Assembly: GCA_964247055.1 (NCBI GenBank)
Contig: OZ176054.1
Coordinates: 3,038,001 to 3,102,000, forward strand
Length of the DNA: 64,000 nt
Direction: 5' to 3'
Source of the DNA: Paragordius varius
Lineage: Eukaryota; Animalia; Nematomorpha
The number at the start of each line of letters is the position of its first letter. Within the stretch, counting starts at the first letter, position 1. Both the position numbers and the translations under genes were made by a program. Below the pieces are notes generated by a model. The model was given only the letters and a program-made list of their open reading frames with translations, was not told the origin of the DNA and did no database searches. Positions 10,501-23,766 of this stretch are shown here, piece after piece.

Positions 10501-12805
10501 GATTTTTAATTACTTGATAATTAGGTTTTACTAGCTTAATTATATTAGAAAACTGAACGCCTTAAACAAATACGTTGATAATATATATGAATTTGAAATT
10601 AAATTTAAAATTATTATCCTATTTTTTTGTAAAAAATTGGCTTACAACGATAAAACGTACGTTAAACTTAAAGAGGCGCATATCGCAAAATTTAACTAAG
10701 TTATAAAAAGACAAAGGAAGAAATTTAAAATCAAATTACCCCAACATAAACGCCCATGGCCATGGTAATTTCATTATGAAATGTCCTAGGACGCCAACTA
10801 TCAGAGACTCTGTGACGCAAGGAATAAATGAAAGTTTAACCACATTCCATTTTTGATTGAGTAAGACTTTTGTGTTACATTTCAAAGCACCGTGTACAAG
10901 AATTATCACTAGAGAAAGGCTTCTATACAATAATATATAATTTATAGAATTTATTTAACATTTAGGAGGCGAAATATATTAAATACTTTATAACTACACT
11001 CCAGTTAGATAATATGTAGGGTGATATATCAATACTTTTTATATTTTTAAACAAAATTCCGGATATTAACATCCCTAACAAAGTTATTAATTTAATACCT
11101 AAAAGTGGCGGTAGACCTAAAAAATTTATAAGCATTCCGCCAAAATAACTGGCTAAAAAAAGAATGAAAAAGCTAAATAAATTATGGGCTGGTAAAAATT
11201 TATCAAAAAATATAGTATAAAAGGCTCCATAAACTAAAAAATATATGTTTATATTTACGAAAAAGTAGGAATGTTACATAACTGATGGCAATATTTAAAT
11301 TTTTATCCACAAGAGTTCCAATTTTTTTAAAAATTTTCATATGCATTACATATGTTGTTAAGCGTGATCATTACTCTATCAAAATATTTTAAAATCTTTT
11401 TGAGCTTGGTGTATTACGATACATATTGGGGTGTTTTGTCGCACAATTTAAGTTAATTTTACCAGAAAAATTTTATAATTTAACATGTTACAAAACTTAT
11501 TCTTACGGTTTTAAGTAAAAAATGTTGCATCCAAATCCCAAACAGTTGTAATTTATTATTGCTTTAATATGGAAACAAAAGCCTATCTAAAATATTTTTA
11601 ACTGCAGTATTGTTTTATAAATTTTACAATTAGGCCGCAAAAATTCTGATATTTGATCATGCTTTAACAATGGGACTCGCCAAAAAATTTTATAGGGCCA
11701 CAATATACACATCTTATAAGGGCCGCGCACCATATCTAAAATATTTATAATAGATTTATAGCTGTTTAGCCATTTAAGTATATCAAATTTGATAAATAAT
11801 CAGAACCATAAAAAATCACTTTTAGGGATACATGCGGCCCCTAGGTCGCGAGTTGAGTACCACTGCTTCAAATAGTTTAACATATTTTAAAATCCCAATA
11901 TCGGAAATATATTTCCATATTTATTTGTTGCTTTGGTTATAAAAATACAAAGGAAATAATAACCATATATATTTAAACCCAAGTCTACCCTTATTTATCA
12001 TTTATGTTATAAAATAATTTTTTGTTATTTACAGAAAATATTTTATTTGAGTTCACAAAATTTTAAATATCTCTGTGATATACACAAATGCATTTTATCA
12101 TACTAAATATAATAATTTGCTTAGCTATACGTGAATTATAATTAGATGCAAAATTTACACCTTGAGAAAGCAAAAATGACTTCTTCGCAAATACGCAAAT
12201 AATAATTTATAATGTGTTTTTTAGAGGGTGGGCATAATAAAAGGGAAGTTCAATACTTGTGTGGTTTTTATTGTCTCCCCTAAAAATGTCAACTTTGTTT
12301 ACATCATTCGACTAACATAACAAAAATAATCTAATTTCAAAACAACCAAATTTTTAAGATTCGCTATATATATTTGTAGTTAGTGTGATAATAATTATTG
12401 TACATTATGCATATAAATTTCATAGGTATTCTGAGAATAGCTAAAATAATAATAATGTTAATAAATAATGATAATAAATTATTTTTTATTTCCCTTTAAT
12501 GTTTGTACTCTCTGCTTATAACGTAATTCTCAAAAAATATTTTATATATCTTTATAAAATGATGTATTAACTCCAAGATATAATGGTTTTTATACAACGG
12601 AATTGTTTGCGCAAAAACAAACAATTAAATCTCTATTTGAAGATTAGATAATCTGTTCGTTAAGTTGCAATAACTAACAATTTTTGATTGATGGTGCTTC
12701 TAAAAGGATGATTTTTTTAACACTACACTAATTTTGTTATACCTTAATCATTAAATTTCCGTTTTCGAGAGTGTCATTGGTTTCAATGATGTTTTCTTCA
12801 TTCAT
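4583..12805 (-). CDS. SLC9B2: SLC9B/NHA-family (CPA2) cation/proton antiporter, 12 exons; exons 2-3 carry apparent frameshifts as assembled
   Basis: Exons 12805-12743, 12311-12161, 11233-11099, 11074-10987, 10922-10740, 9856-9669, 9166-9060, 8298-8131, 7488-7380, 6896-6760, 6433-6353, 4813-4583. Motifs: LPPLLGMLI, SPAVIVPSL..LQEQGYGVTKGIPTL, GPLEIILG, WDFFQPLLFGLIG, WTPKATVQAAIG, LVTAPLGA. Splice phases are consistent from exon 4 on. The symbol is family-level only. Confidence 0.88.
11075..11098 (-). other. 24-nt GT-AG micro-intron candidate (GTATTAAATTAATAACTTTGTTAG)
   Basis: Removal gives the canonical LPPLLG|MLISG. Retention is in frame (LPPLLGIKLITLLGMLI), so splicing is not forced. Confidence 0.6.
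11668..11865. mobile_element. About 200-bp hAT MITE related to the 49767-52215 element, inside an NHA intron
   Basis: Left end CAATGGGACTCGCCAAAAAATTTTATAGGGCCA resembles CAGTGGTACTTACCAAAAATGTTTGACGGGCCA; right end GAGTTGAGTACCACTG. Confidence 0.7.
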
Positions 12806-13405
12806 ATTACATTATTATTAATGTGATTTCAAAATTTTATATGATTTCTCCTCAACTATATATTTTACTGATATTTGACGTACATGCCGTTTATTGATAC
12901 AAAAAAATGATTAATTGGATATATACTTTGTAACTTATAATTTATGACATTAACAATCCTATAAATTTTTTCTTACCTGAAATTTTAGAACAATTAATAT
13001 ATTAATTTTTAACAATATTTTGCCAATAAAATTTACCATATTTGTTATTTCATGCAACTTCTAAGAAATTTGTGATAACATACAAAACTTAATAAATCGC
13101 TCTAAAGGGACAACTAGGAACTACTTTAGAGTATTTAAATAATTTAAGAAGACTTAGCCCAAAAATTTAATATTTTTAAATTTAAAACATTTTTAAAAAA
13201 TTACACTATGCAGAGTTAAGCTGGTTTATTCATACTTTGGTCAATTAGTACTACAGTAGCGTGTGTTATAAAACATATTTTGTCTCCATAATTAAATGAG
13301 CATTTTAATGATGTAAGATAGGAAAAAGTTGTTTAAATGAACATTTTGTTACTTTTTCTATAACACTACTGTGTTGACAATTGGCCAACATTGATGTGAA
13401 ATCAC

Positions 13406-13410
<5 letters not shown>

Positions 13411-13450
<40 letters not shown>
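13411..13450. repeat. (AT)n microsatellite
   Basis: Uninterrupted AT run. Similar runs lie near 13940, 16830, 17085, 24420, 29581-29618, 34660, 37120, 43630, 53460 and 58960. Confidence 0.95.
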
Positions 13451-13452
<2 letters not shown>

Positions 13453-14199
13453 AAGTCGACAGAATCGGAGCTATATACTAAAATAAATTATTTGACGAGA
13501 TTTCCCATTTCATTTGAATTATATAAGACACTATAACTACCATCCATTATATAAATTTTTTTTAGTATAACAATAGATAAACTGTTCATTTATTTTTTAA
13601 GTAAAAACATTTAATGGTTTTTAAACCATCATCAAAATTATTTTATTTATAAAATTAACACAAAATGATACACTACCATTAATATATTGATGTAATCATT
13701 TATTGACCCAACTCTGTGGAGTACATTACTAATTTTAGATTTCATGTAAGGCTTAAATTTTATTTTAGTAGATTGTTATTTTTAAATCACATAATAATTT
13801 TACGAGGATATAATATCATAATAAAACATAGCTGGTACAAATCTAAGGTTGAAATTTACCTGAAATATCCAAAAAAAAACAGATAGATAGCACGCAGTTC
13901 ATTAAGGCTAACATTTTTTTATCAAAATCGATTTATATATATATATATATATATATATAATAAAAAAAATAGCCAATTTTGAAAAAATTAATTTATAAAG
14001 ATGATAACAATAATAAAATTGAAATTTAAAGTTCAATCTACTTACTTCATTGTAAGTATATTATATTTATCACTAAAATTAATTGCTGAACTAAATATAG
14101 AGAAATGATAGCATAGAGATTATATTCAAAAATAAGCATGATCATCTATCTATATTTAGGTAGCTAATAAAAATGCGAGTTGAATACCAAAAAAGGTTT

Positions 14200-14462
14200 G
14201 GTATAATAAACTAGGTCTAAAACGCGGTCTGGGGGCGGCGTGAAATTTCAAATACAAATTTTTACGAAATCCAAAAAATAATTATTTTCTTAAACAAATT
14301 TCTGATAAATATTTCTGAATTCGGCAATGTACTAGCAAAAAATGTAAAAATAAATAGTTATTTTTAGAGTCTTAGGTCTGTAAATTAATATTTTCTAATG
14401 CGGCCTTTCGGATTTTTTGATCCAAAAATGCGGTCTGTGAAGCCATGTGCTGGACACCCCTG
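14200..14462. mobile_element. hAT MITE remnant ending GCTGGACACCCCTG
   Basis: CAGGGGTG(T/C)CCA-type terminus, also seen at 834-846 and 43377-43389; the left boundary is approximate. Confidence 0.55.
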
Positions 14463-16820
14463 TGATAAACCCTATTTATATAGGTGATACTTTAGCGACA
14501 CTTTTGTAGTTTTTAGATGGATGCATTTGACCACAATATTTAATATGGACTTAAATTGAATAGATCCTTCTGTTAAACCTTTCATATATTTGGGACAATT
14601 AAATTATGTATCTTTCATTTGGCAAAATATTTGGATTGAAAACTATCGTAACCTAAAAAAATAAATCACTCATCAGAATATCATAAATAGATTACTTTCT
14701 CCATTAAAATTTATTTTATTATCAATTGATTTATTTTATTTTTTTGTAAAAAATACTTAACACTTCATGACACCTTTTCATTTTTTCGTACGCGATGACC
14801 TATTGGGGTAGTGTTATAAACCAGAGTTCAATCTTGTAGAGAACATACAGTTTTGAAAGTTTAGTTAAAAATTTTATAATCAAACATTGTTCTCATGCAT
14901 TAGATATAAAAGCTTATATTTTTAACAGTTTTGTTATTTCTAGAGTAAAATAAGGACTGCTACAAAACACGATTGAACTATACAGCTGATTTTACACCGA
15001 TAAATATCAAGTTTTGATGGTAAAATGCAACCTTAAAGCTTACTAAATTATTTAATTACATTTTATAACCATTATATATTGTCTATTGTATTAGCGATTA
15101 AAAAAAATTAACGAAAAAAATGACGGCGAAAAATTTTGAGATAACGATTTTTTTTAATAATTTTACATTTTTTAAAGTTTGTATTATGAGACTTAAACTA
15201 AAAAAGCATATTTTAAAATTCGATCTAAAATCTTAAGTACTTTTTTATTTAAATTCAAAATCGCTCTTGGTTAAAATTTCGAAAAGGTCATAAATAAGAT
15301 AAGGAAAAAGTTGTGCAAAATTACGATTTTTTTGTATAAGCCGTCAGAAGGCAAAAAACCTAAATTACCGGTATTAAACCAACCGATTTATTTAATCACA
15401 GTCGCCATTTTTAAATAATTTTAACGATGGAATTCACGAAGGTTGAAACAAAGTCGTAAATTGATAGATAAATAGACACAGTAATAAGTGTAAAATAATT
15501 AAATTATGATATCTAAGTAATTGATAAAATATTTTATCATTTGTCTCTAGACTTAATTTTCACATTTTTTTTGGGTATATTATGCAGAAATATTTCAACA
15601 AACAATAAATATATTTCATACGCAAAATCCCCTTTGAGATTTTCTAATGTTAATATAATTATATTTAAAATAATCGTTTAGATTTTCATTAACTATCCAA
15701 ACTCTTTTTCATATGTTCATATGGAAAAAAAACCTAAAGAATAGACAGACTATTAAAATAACATATATGGGTTTCATTATCCTAAATGCCATTGAGATAA
15801 ATTACCGTAATCCTGTATCATCTCTCAAACAATATATTTTCCAGTTGGTATGTATAGTCTATAAAAGTAAAATTTATTTAAATGTTTTTAAAAATTATTG
15901 TGATTATTAAAAATTATGTAAACTTTTAAAGTAAATATTTTGAACATATATTGAACAAGGTTAAGGGCTTCGACTTTCAAAGTTTGACCATTCGTTATAT
16001 ACATTAAATAATATCAAAAGAAAAAACATATTATTAATATATATATGTGTAGCGGTAAAAAAGTGTTTTTAAATATGGGCCCTACATATTTTAATATAAG
16101 GATTGTATTTAATAAAGCCTTTTTGTTTGTCTCATATAACCTGGCAAAATGGGAGGACGTGATAGAAAATTATGATGAGTTTGTTTAAATAAGTATTGAC
16201 AATACACAATTAAACCGGTTATAACCGAATTCTCGTGTGTTATTCAAATAAAAAGGATAAATAAACCCTGAAGGCCAACGCTAATCGATCATTATCCTAT
16301 AATTTTAAACCTAGTATAATATCTTAAAATTTTTAAGAGGTCAGCTTTGTAGCTAAAACATTGAAAACAAAAATTGGTGGAACGAATCAAATGATGTTAT
16401 CAGTTAAACTAAAAATTTTGACTTTGGAGTCACTTAGTTAGTAGTATTAGGAATAAAATTTTACATTTAAAAAAGTCCATATACTTGATCATAAGTGTCA
16501 TACATTTAACTATGCGTTTCGATATCAACACATAATCTTTAGAATATTTAAATAACCGCTATTAATAGAAGACCTCAAATATATATATATATATATTATT
16601 AACTCCAACCACATTACCGTAATTTGTAACAAATTTTATAAAGTAACAACTTTTCAATTATCTTAGTTATTTTGAATATCAACTATACCCAAAACTATTT
16701 AAGAGATTGTTGTTAATTTAACAAAAAAATCAAAAATTTAATATGTTTTTTTTTCGTGAGCTATTAATACCTACATTCGATTTGATCTGATCTATTTTTA
16801 TAGGTAAACCAGTAAGTAGG

Positions 16821-16854
<34 letters not shown>

Positions 16855-18448
16855 GGTTCTATCAAATATTTTTTTTTATTTTTTTTTGGTGAAATACTTG
16901 TTTGTTTCAAGTCTGGGTAGTCTGAGTTGAGGTGCGAAAATACCAAGATATGTACTGCATATAAAAATTGTGTATAAATTATATTTTTATTCAACTTTAA
17001 TATTTTTTATTCACACACAGAGATATTATTATTTGTCTTTTTTGTGGCTTATTAATATTTTCACCTTATGGGCAGGATACATATATATATATATATATAT
17101 ATCTTTAAAAAAAATAATGATAAAATTTTTATTTGGTTAAACTGATGGCAAAAATAAAAACCACAAATATACCATATCATGATCAAACGTCTTAAGGTGC
17201 AAAGTACATATTTTATACATATAAAGTATGTACAAATATATTTTGGATATTGTTATTCGATTCGAATATTATATCTAAATTAAGCAAACAATCATTCTAT
17301 TTAAAGAGTTTTTTTAGCATAATAATTGAATTAATATGTAGAAATTTTTGTGCAAACCAAAAAATGGTATGAATTTGGATATGGACTAATAATTTAGAAT
17401 ACTTTTTCATGTTTAAAAATTTTAATATTTCAACACTTTTCACCTCATTTTTTTATATATTCTACCTTGTTAGATAATTGCACTTTTACGATTGTTTTAT
17501 CCTTTTATTATTAATTAATATTTTTGAGATAACCAAAAAAAAACCTATCTATTATTCTTACGCTTAAAAACTGTAAAAAAGGCTATAATACTATTTTGAC
17601 GAGGATTTTATTTAAACCTTTTCAATATCCCAGAATTCTTACGAAGTCATGCCGAAAGTATTGACGATCTAATCATCTAAAGTATTCTACTCATTATATG
17701 GGTAACTTCTTTGCTAGAATTTGTTTTTTATTCAACTAATATAATTTTATGAAACCATATAACATATTTACATTACCCAATAATTCATTTTTCAAATGTT
17801 CCCAAATAAAAATATGGTCTTTTTAATAAAAGTACCCAATTAATAGGAGAAACGTTATAGGGGGATGACATAGGAAAAGGTGCATGTCCACATATATTAT
17901 AATAAGAATTCATCCGCTAGAATTGACTAAGAACCGCCATAAATATATTTTATTTTTAAAAAATGTTTATTTAAAATTTTGGGGCCACAAATGCTCAGCA
18001 TCTCATACTTCTTGTACAATCGAAACTTTTTTTCATTTGATTCTAAGCTTGTTTCAGAACTCTAATACGATCTTATTCAAATATTATTAATTAGTAATAT
18101 ATATATATGTTTGCATTGATTGATCAAATATATCGTTGTCTAAAGGTGCACACACTATATATCTATGGTAAATAGTGTGTAATGTAAATATAACGTTTCT
18201 ATCTCTCTCACCCGCTATTATTCCCCACAGTTTTTGTCGAATTTAAATAGCAGTATTATCAAAATTTTTTTTCGTGAAATATTGATATATGGGTATTAAA
18301 AATTATTTTTTTTTCAATTTTTTTTGGTTTTAATTATATTATTTATATAATTAATTTTAACTTGCCAAAATTATTTAGAAATGCTTTATCATCCTTTGCC
18401 ATAATATCGGGACAAGCTTGAAATATTTAATTCAAAATAAACCAAACA

Positions 18449-21400
18449 ATGAATTTAAATTATTCATTTAGCAATAGTAACAATAAAAATGATACCACTA
18501 ATACTGAAAAAGGTGATATGAAACGAGAATTTTATGAGACAATGTTTCATAAATATGTCCAAAATTTGTGGCATCAAATGCCAATCAAGTCATACAACGC
18601 CATGAATACAGATAAAAATGGTTGTTCTTCCTTAAAGACTCACCAGACCGATGACGGACTTTTGAGTCAATGGTTAACCCAAATCCATTTATATTACAAT
18701 TATTTTCAACAAAACTGTCTTGTCCCCCCCAATAATAGTGAAAAAACTTTTAAAAGTCATTATACCTTCGAAAATAATGTTAAAGAACAGATAGAATCGT
18801 TTTCCAAGTCCGATGATATAACTAATGCTAATTCACGCTATTTTACGTTTTCGGCCATTAAAACAAATCCAAATTATAAAAGTAGGGAGGGAACTAGTAA
18901 CCAAATTTTTGATACTACACCCAATTCGTTCCACGCTACAAATGATGATAAACATATTAATTTTAATATTTGTAAATCAAAATCTCTGGATCACAAAAGA
19001 GATAATATTAGTGAGAATATTAATGGTTGCAATCCAAATACTTCTTTCAAAAGACGGGGAAAAAGTTTGAGTATCACATCAGCTAGTGGTGCTTTGAATG
19101 AATTTTCTACCTATCATCAATACTTTATAAATAGTAAACGTAAAAAATCAGAAAACTCTTCTTTTGAGCCTAAGGAAGTTCAACCACAAACTTCAACATG
19201 CCCTATTTTATTGACTCAGCTTTTGGGTTTAGGTTCTCAATTCAATACATCAGCGGCTAATGAAAATGTAATACATAAAGACCAAAACATAGAAAAATTT
19301 GAGAGTTGCATAGGCTCTAATACTGATCCTGATAGCAAAATCAAATTCAATCTTAATAAAGTTTTTGCTTATTCTTCACATGTAAATCCGTCACTTTTGT
19401 CACCCTCCAAAAATATGGACCACAATCCGATTTTCGATCGTCAAAGTTTAATAATTCCCAACCACATAATCTGTAACGTTGATTTCCCAAAAAATCGGAA
19501 CAATGCTATACCATCAGCACAACAGACGCACAAAGGTATATTGTACTTATATTGTATCCTAATTAACCAATTTATATTCTATTTTAAGACAAATACATCT
19601 ATTGTCATTGCTTACACAACTAACCGTATTTATTTATCTATAGATGACAATATGGTAACCAACAATGATTTACCGCTAAATTTATCCAAAAAAATGTATT
19701 TTCAAAATTTGAATAGCCTTGAGAATGGGTTAAGTAAAAACATGCTTTTGATTGGTAAAACTCTAATTGAGACGCCATCAACCACCACATTCATATCATG
19801 CAATGGATTACATAAGGTTTTACAACATTTTTATTATTTTTTCTCATAAATAACGGAATTAGATAAGATTTTTTGGCAGGGCTTGATTCCAGATCCACAA
19901 CGAGCTTGTGGTTTAAAATTTTAAAGTAGCCCCTGCTTAAGCTAGATGACCGTGGTCTTAACTACTAATTTTAGTAAAAGCGAACTAAAAGTGTTTATTA
20001 TGTGCAAAAACGGTTTCTTAATTTTTTATCTTTACAAATCGATAAAACAATATTTCTTTTCCCTTTGATATAAATTGGAATAAAACCTGATTTTTTATAA
20101 CTGATATATAATCGTAAGGCAGAAAGTCTAAAGTATTTCCGATTGTTTAAACATTAAATATAAGGATATGGTGCCCTTACCATGTTAATGAGCTTTGAGT
20201 TAGACGTTGGTTAGTGAGCCAGCTCTAATGTATTATCAAATATATCATACTCAAATTGCGGCCCTAAAGTACTTTTGTGTCCCTCAAATTCATATTTTTG
20301 ATTAACTTACTAATGTAAATATTTGCACATAAGTTAAACCACTCGGCAATATTTTGGTATTATATGATATACTCCTCTTGAGATAAGTCATAAATTTTAT
20401 CCATCTTAGATCGGATTATTCACATGGCTTATTTGATGTGGCCGTCAATGTCTATGATATTTAAAAATGGCATAAATTATTATTAATTATTAAATAATAA
20501 CGTTATATGGAGCTGAAATCATGCTTAAAAGCATATAAATTATAATAAGCCACACTCAAACTGTATCAGACACATTTAATATCTAAATAAATTTAATTTA
20601 TTTTGATATTAATAAAACATATCAAATTATCATACATATCATCAAATGTTGGCATGTGATTCATAAGCATTAAATTATTAAATATTGCATATATATATTT
20701 GATAGGGTCGAACGAGTCAAAAAGAGGACATGGCCATATATAATAATTAATACGATATTTTATATACACAACTTGATTATAGTTTTAACAAAATTTTCAA
20801 CTTGACCAATTTTTTCGTCATTAACTAAACATTGCATTAAAATTTTGTTAATTGAATGCATGCACATTTAAACATATCATAAGGAAATTTAAAAAGCGCA
20901 ACAAAAATATGGACTAAAAATATAACTAGCTACTACTAATTATCACCTTGCCCTTTTTTGTAATTTTGAAATATAATGAATGACACACAAACATTTTGTC
21001 ATTTAACAAGTTTAACAACGAAAAAAGATGTATGGGATTAGGTGGAATATGTATGTATAATTAAATTTTAATGCACACATAAACTTGTTATTATTGTAAC
21101 CCCATTAAATAGGTCAGATTTGAGCTATGCCTTTCTTTCCATACATGATAATTTTCATAAAATTTGTTTTCGAAGCCAAAATTTATTTTGTTAGATATCA
21201 TATGAAATTGGGAATTTCTCTTTTTGATATAAATTTAAGATTTTCGCATAATAACTATTATTGAATAGCCCCTTAGAATTTAACACTTAATCAAAAAAGG
21301 GCTATAATATTTATAAGGTCTTGCGATTATTAAGGACTGTCTCCAAAATATTTCCCAGTTAAAAAAATGGACATAATTAATAAACAGAAAATTTATTACT

Positions 21401-23766
21401 TTTTTGGTTGGTATTTATTTATACGTTAGCTAGAATAAAAGTGCATTTGATCCTCATAGTTTGAGAAGGCAAAATTTATTATATTCAAGAATGTCGGTAG
21501 AGTTATGGTAAATTGTTAACCTTTTTTGTGGCACATATTATTAATTCTTAAAGCCTTAATATTACGATTGTCTGGCTGGTTAAAGTTATCAAAAACAGTA
21601 TAAACGTTTCTGTTTTGGGGCAGATTTCTACTAATATTGTATCAGTGACCGTTTGTTCCATACATTAACTGTATCTTCCTATCCTTTATTTACTAATGAA
21701 ACAGATAAATCCATAAAAATAGTTAAAATAAATGTTTTCGGAGTTCGACTTGTTTCCACACTCTATAATGATACCGTTGATTTTTGTAATTAATTTAAAT
21801 ATATGTTATCATTATTTCAACCTTAACGAGTTACGTATCGTACATTATTTCTAAAAATATTTAGTTTTATCCAATTTCAAAACGGCAACTTTAAGCCAAA
21901 ATTTGGCTTAAATTTTAAACCTTTAAAAATTGACTTTAAAATATAGTTTAATTATTTCAATATAATTAAATAACTTTGTTTTATCACAGAAGAACTGTTC
22001 GCTTGATGAATACACATTTGAAAACTCTCAAGAATGTTCCAAAACTTACGAAACATCAAGCAATCTTAAACAAATTGAAAACAAAATGCCAGAAAATTTT
22101 AAGTTATCACCCAAAGAAGCTTTGAAATTAATAGTCAATGAAAAAAAGCGTGTAACCAGCAATATTATAAGCCCTCCCATATCATCCGAAGTTATTAACG
22201 GTTTATCTCAATTCCAAGTCGATCCTAACCAAAGAAATCCTTTAAGAAATGGTATTATATTTGGAAACCCTCTTACACTTAATAATATCATAAACTATCA
22301 AAGAAAAAAGAGTTGCAATGGTTACACAAATGGGAATAATTTGCAAAGTGTGCCTAACAGAACGTTAGATATTCTCAATAATACCGCCCCAACGAATTCC
22401 GAAGAAGCTAAATGTAGCACTGAAAATAAAGTCACTGACTCATTTGACATTGCTGAACCATCTAATAGTTTAAAAATCAAGAAAATACGTTCATTTCCCT
22501 GTATGACATGTCGCAAGTCATTTGATAGACCCTCACTTCTTATCCGACACATACGGGTTCATACTGGTAAGTATTTAGGCGTAAACTAAGTAATACATAT
22601 AATATATAATCGATGTTTTTAAATGCTAATTTTTTAAGATTACACCAAGGTTAAATGTCATCTTATTTGTCATAGTATATACAGGTTAATCATATACGCA
22701 TACAGTATGCATTTTAATGGTTGCTTATTTCACTCTTTATAGTTGGGCGATTTGCATCACAGCAGTGATGGAAAAACAACAAAATGAAACAAATAAACAA
22801 AGTAATGTAAAAAATGAAAAAATATTTTATTCAACTTATTGTTGTTTTTCCATACATTACTTTGTTTCAAATTGCCCAACTAGTGGAATGAGTGATAATT
22901 AAAATGCAAACTGTTTATTATATAGTTTTATAAATTATTGTTAAAATAAATTATGTTCCATTGAATCAAGAAGTTAATTTTTCGCTCCCTCATTTTATGC
23001 AATGGCATATGCCCATCATAATTTAATGTATTGAAAAAACCCCAAAAACTAAACCATGGAATAAACTACTCGTTTTAAACCGCATTTTCCCAGCTATTTA
23101 TAAAGATACCATATACAGAATAATTTTTGTTAACACATTTAACTATAAACAGGGGAGAAACCATTTAGTTGTGACTATTGTGGCAAGAGTTTTAGTACAA
23201 CGAGCTCTCTAAATACGCATCGCAGAATTCACACGGGAGAAAAGCCGCACATTTGCGATGTGTGCAATAAAACGTTTACAGCCAGTTCAAATTTATATTA
23301 TCACAGAATGACACATATCAAGGTATATACATATTAAATATTTTCAAAAAAAAATTATCAAAAAATAAAAGTCATTTTTTTAATAGCAAAATTATAAAAA
23401 TATTCGAATCAAACTCATTGTTTAAAACTATAAAGTGTAAAATAGAGTTGTCTATTAATATATCAATTTTATATTTTGTAATTGTAATTAATTAATTTAT
23501 ATAGAAAAATTTAATGTATATTGGTTGTCTTTGTCTGTATAATTTCGACTTTTACTGTAAATTTTGTACTTTTTTTCCAGATAAAACCACATAAATGCCC
23601 TCATTGTGATAAATCATTCGCAACACCAGGAGATCTTAAAAGCCATGGTTTCACTCACACTGGTGAATGGCCTTTGAAATGCAAAATTTGTTTTAAGGGT
23701 TTCAGTAAAATGAGCAATTTGAAAACTCATATCTCACTTCATACGGAATGCAATGATGCAGCATAA
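18449..23766 (+). CDS. Kruppel-type C2H2 zinc-finger transcription factor with long low-complexity N-terminus and five C-terminal fingers
   Basis: Exons 18449-19535, 19644-19816, 21990-22566, 23153-23322, 23581-23766. Fingers begin CMTC, CDYC, CDVC, CPHC, CKIC, with HTGEKP linkers. There is a PLNLS (CtBP-type) motif and an LTQLL (LxxLL) motif. The donor at 19817 (GTTTTA) is weak and was inferred from phase. Confidence 0.9.
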
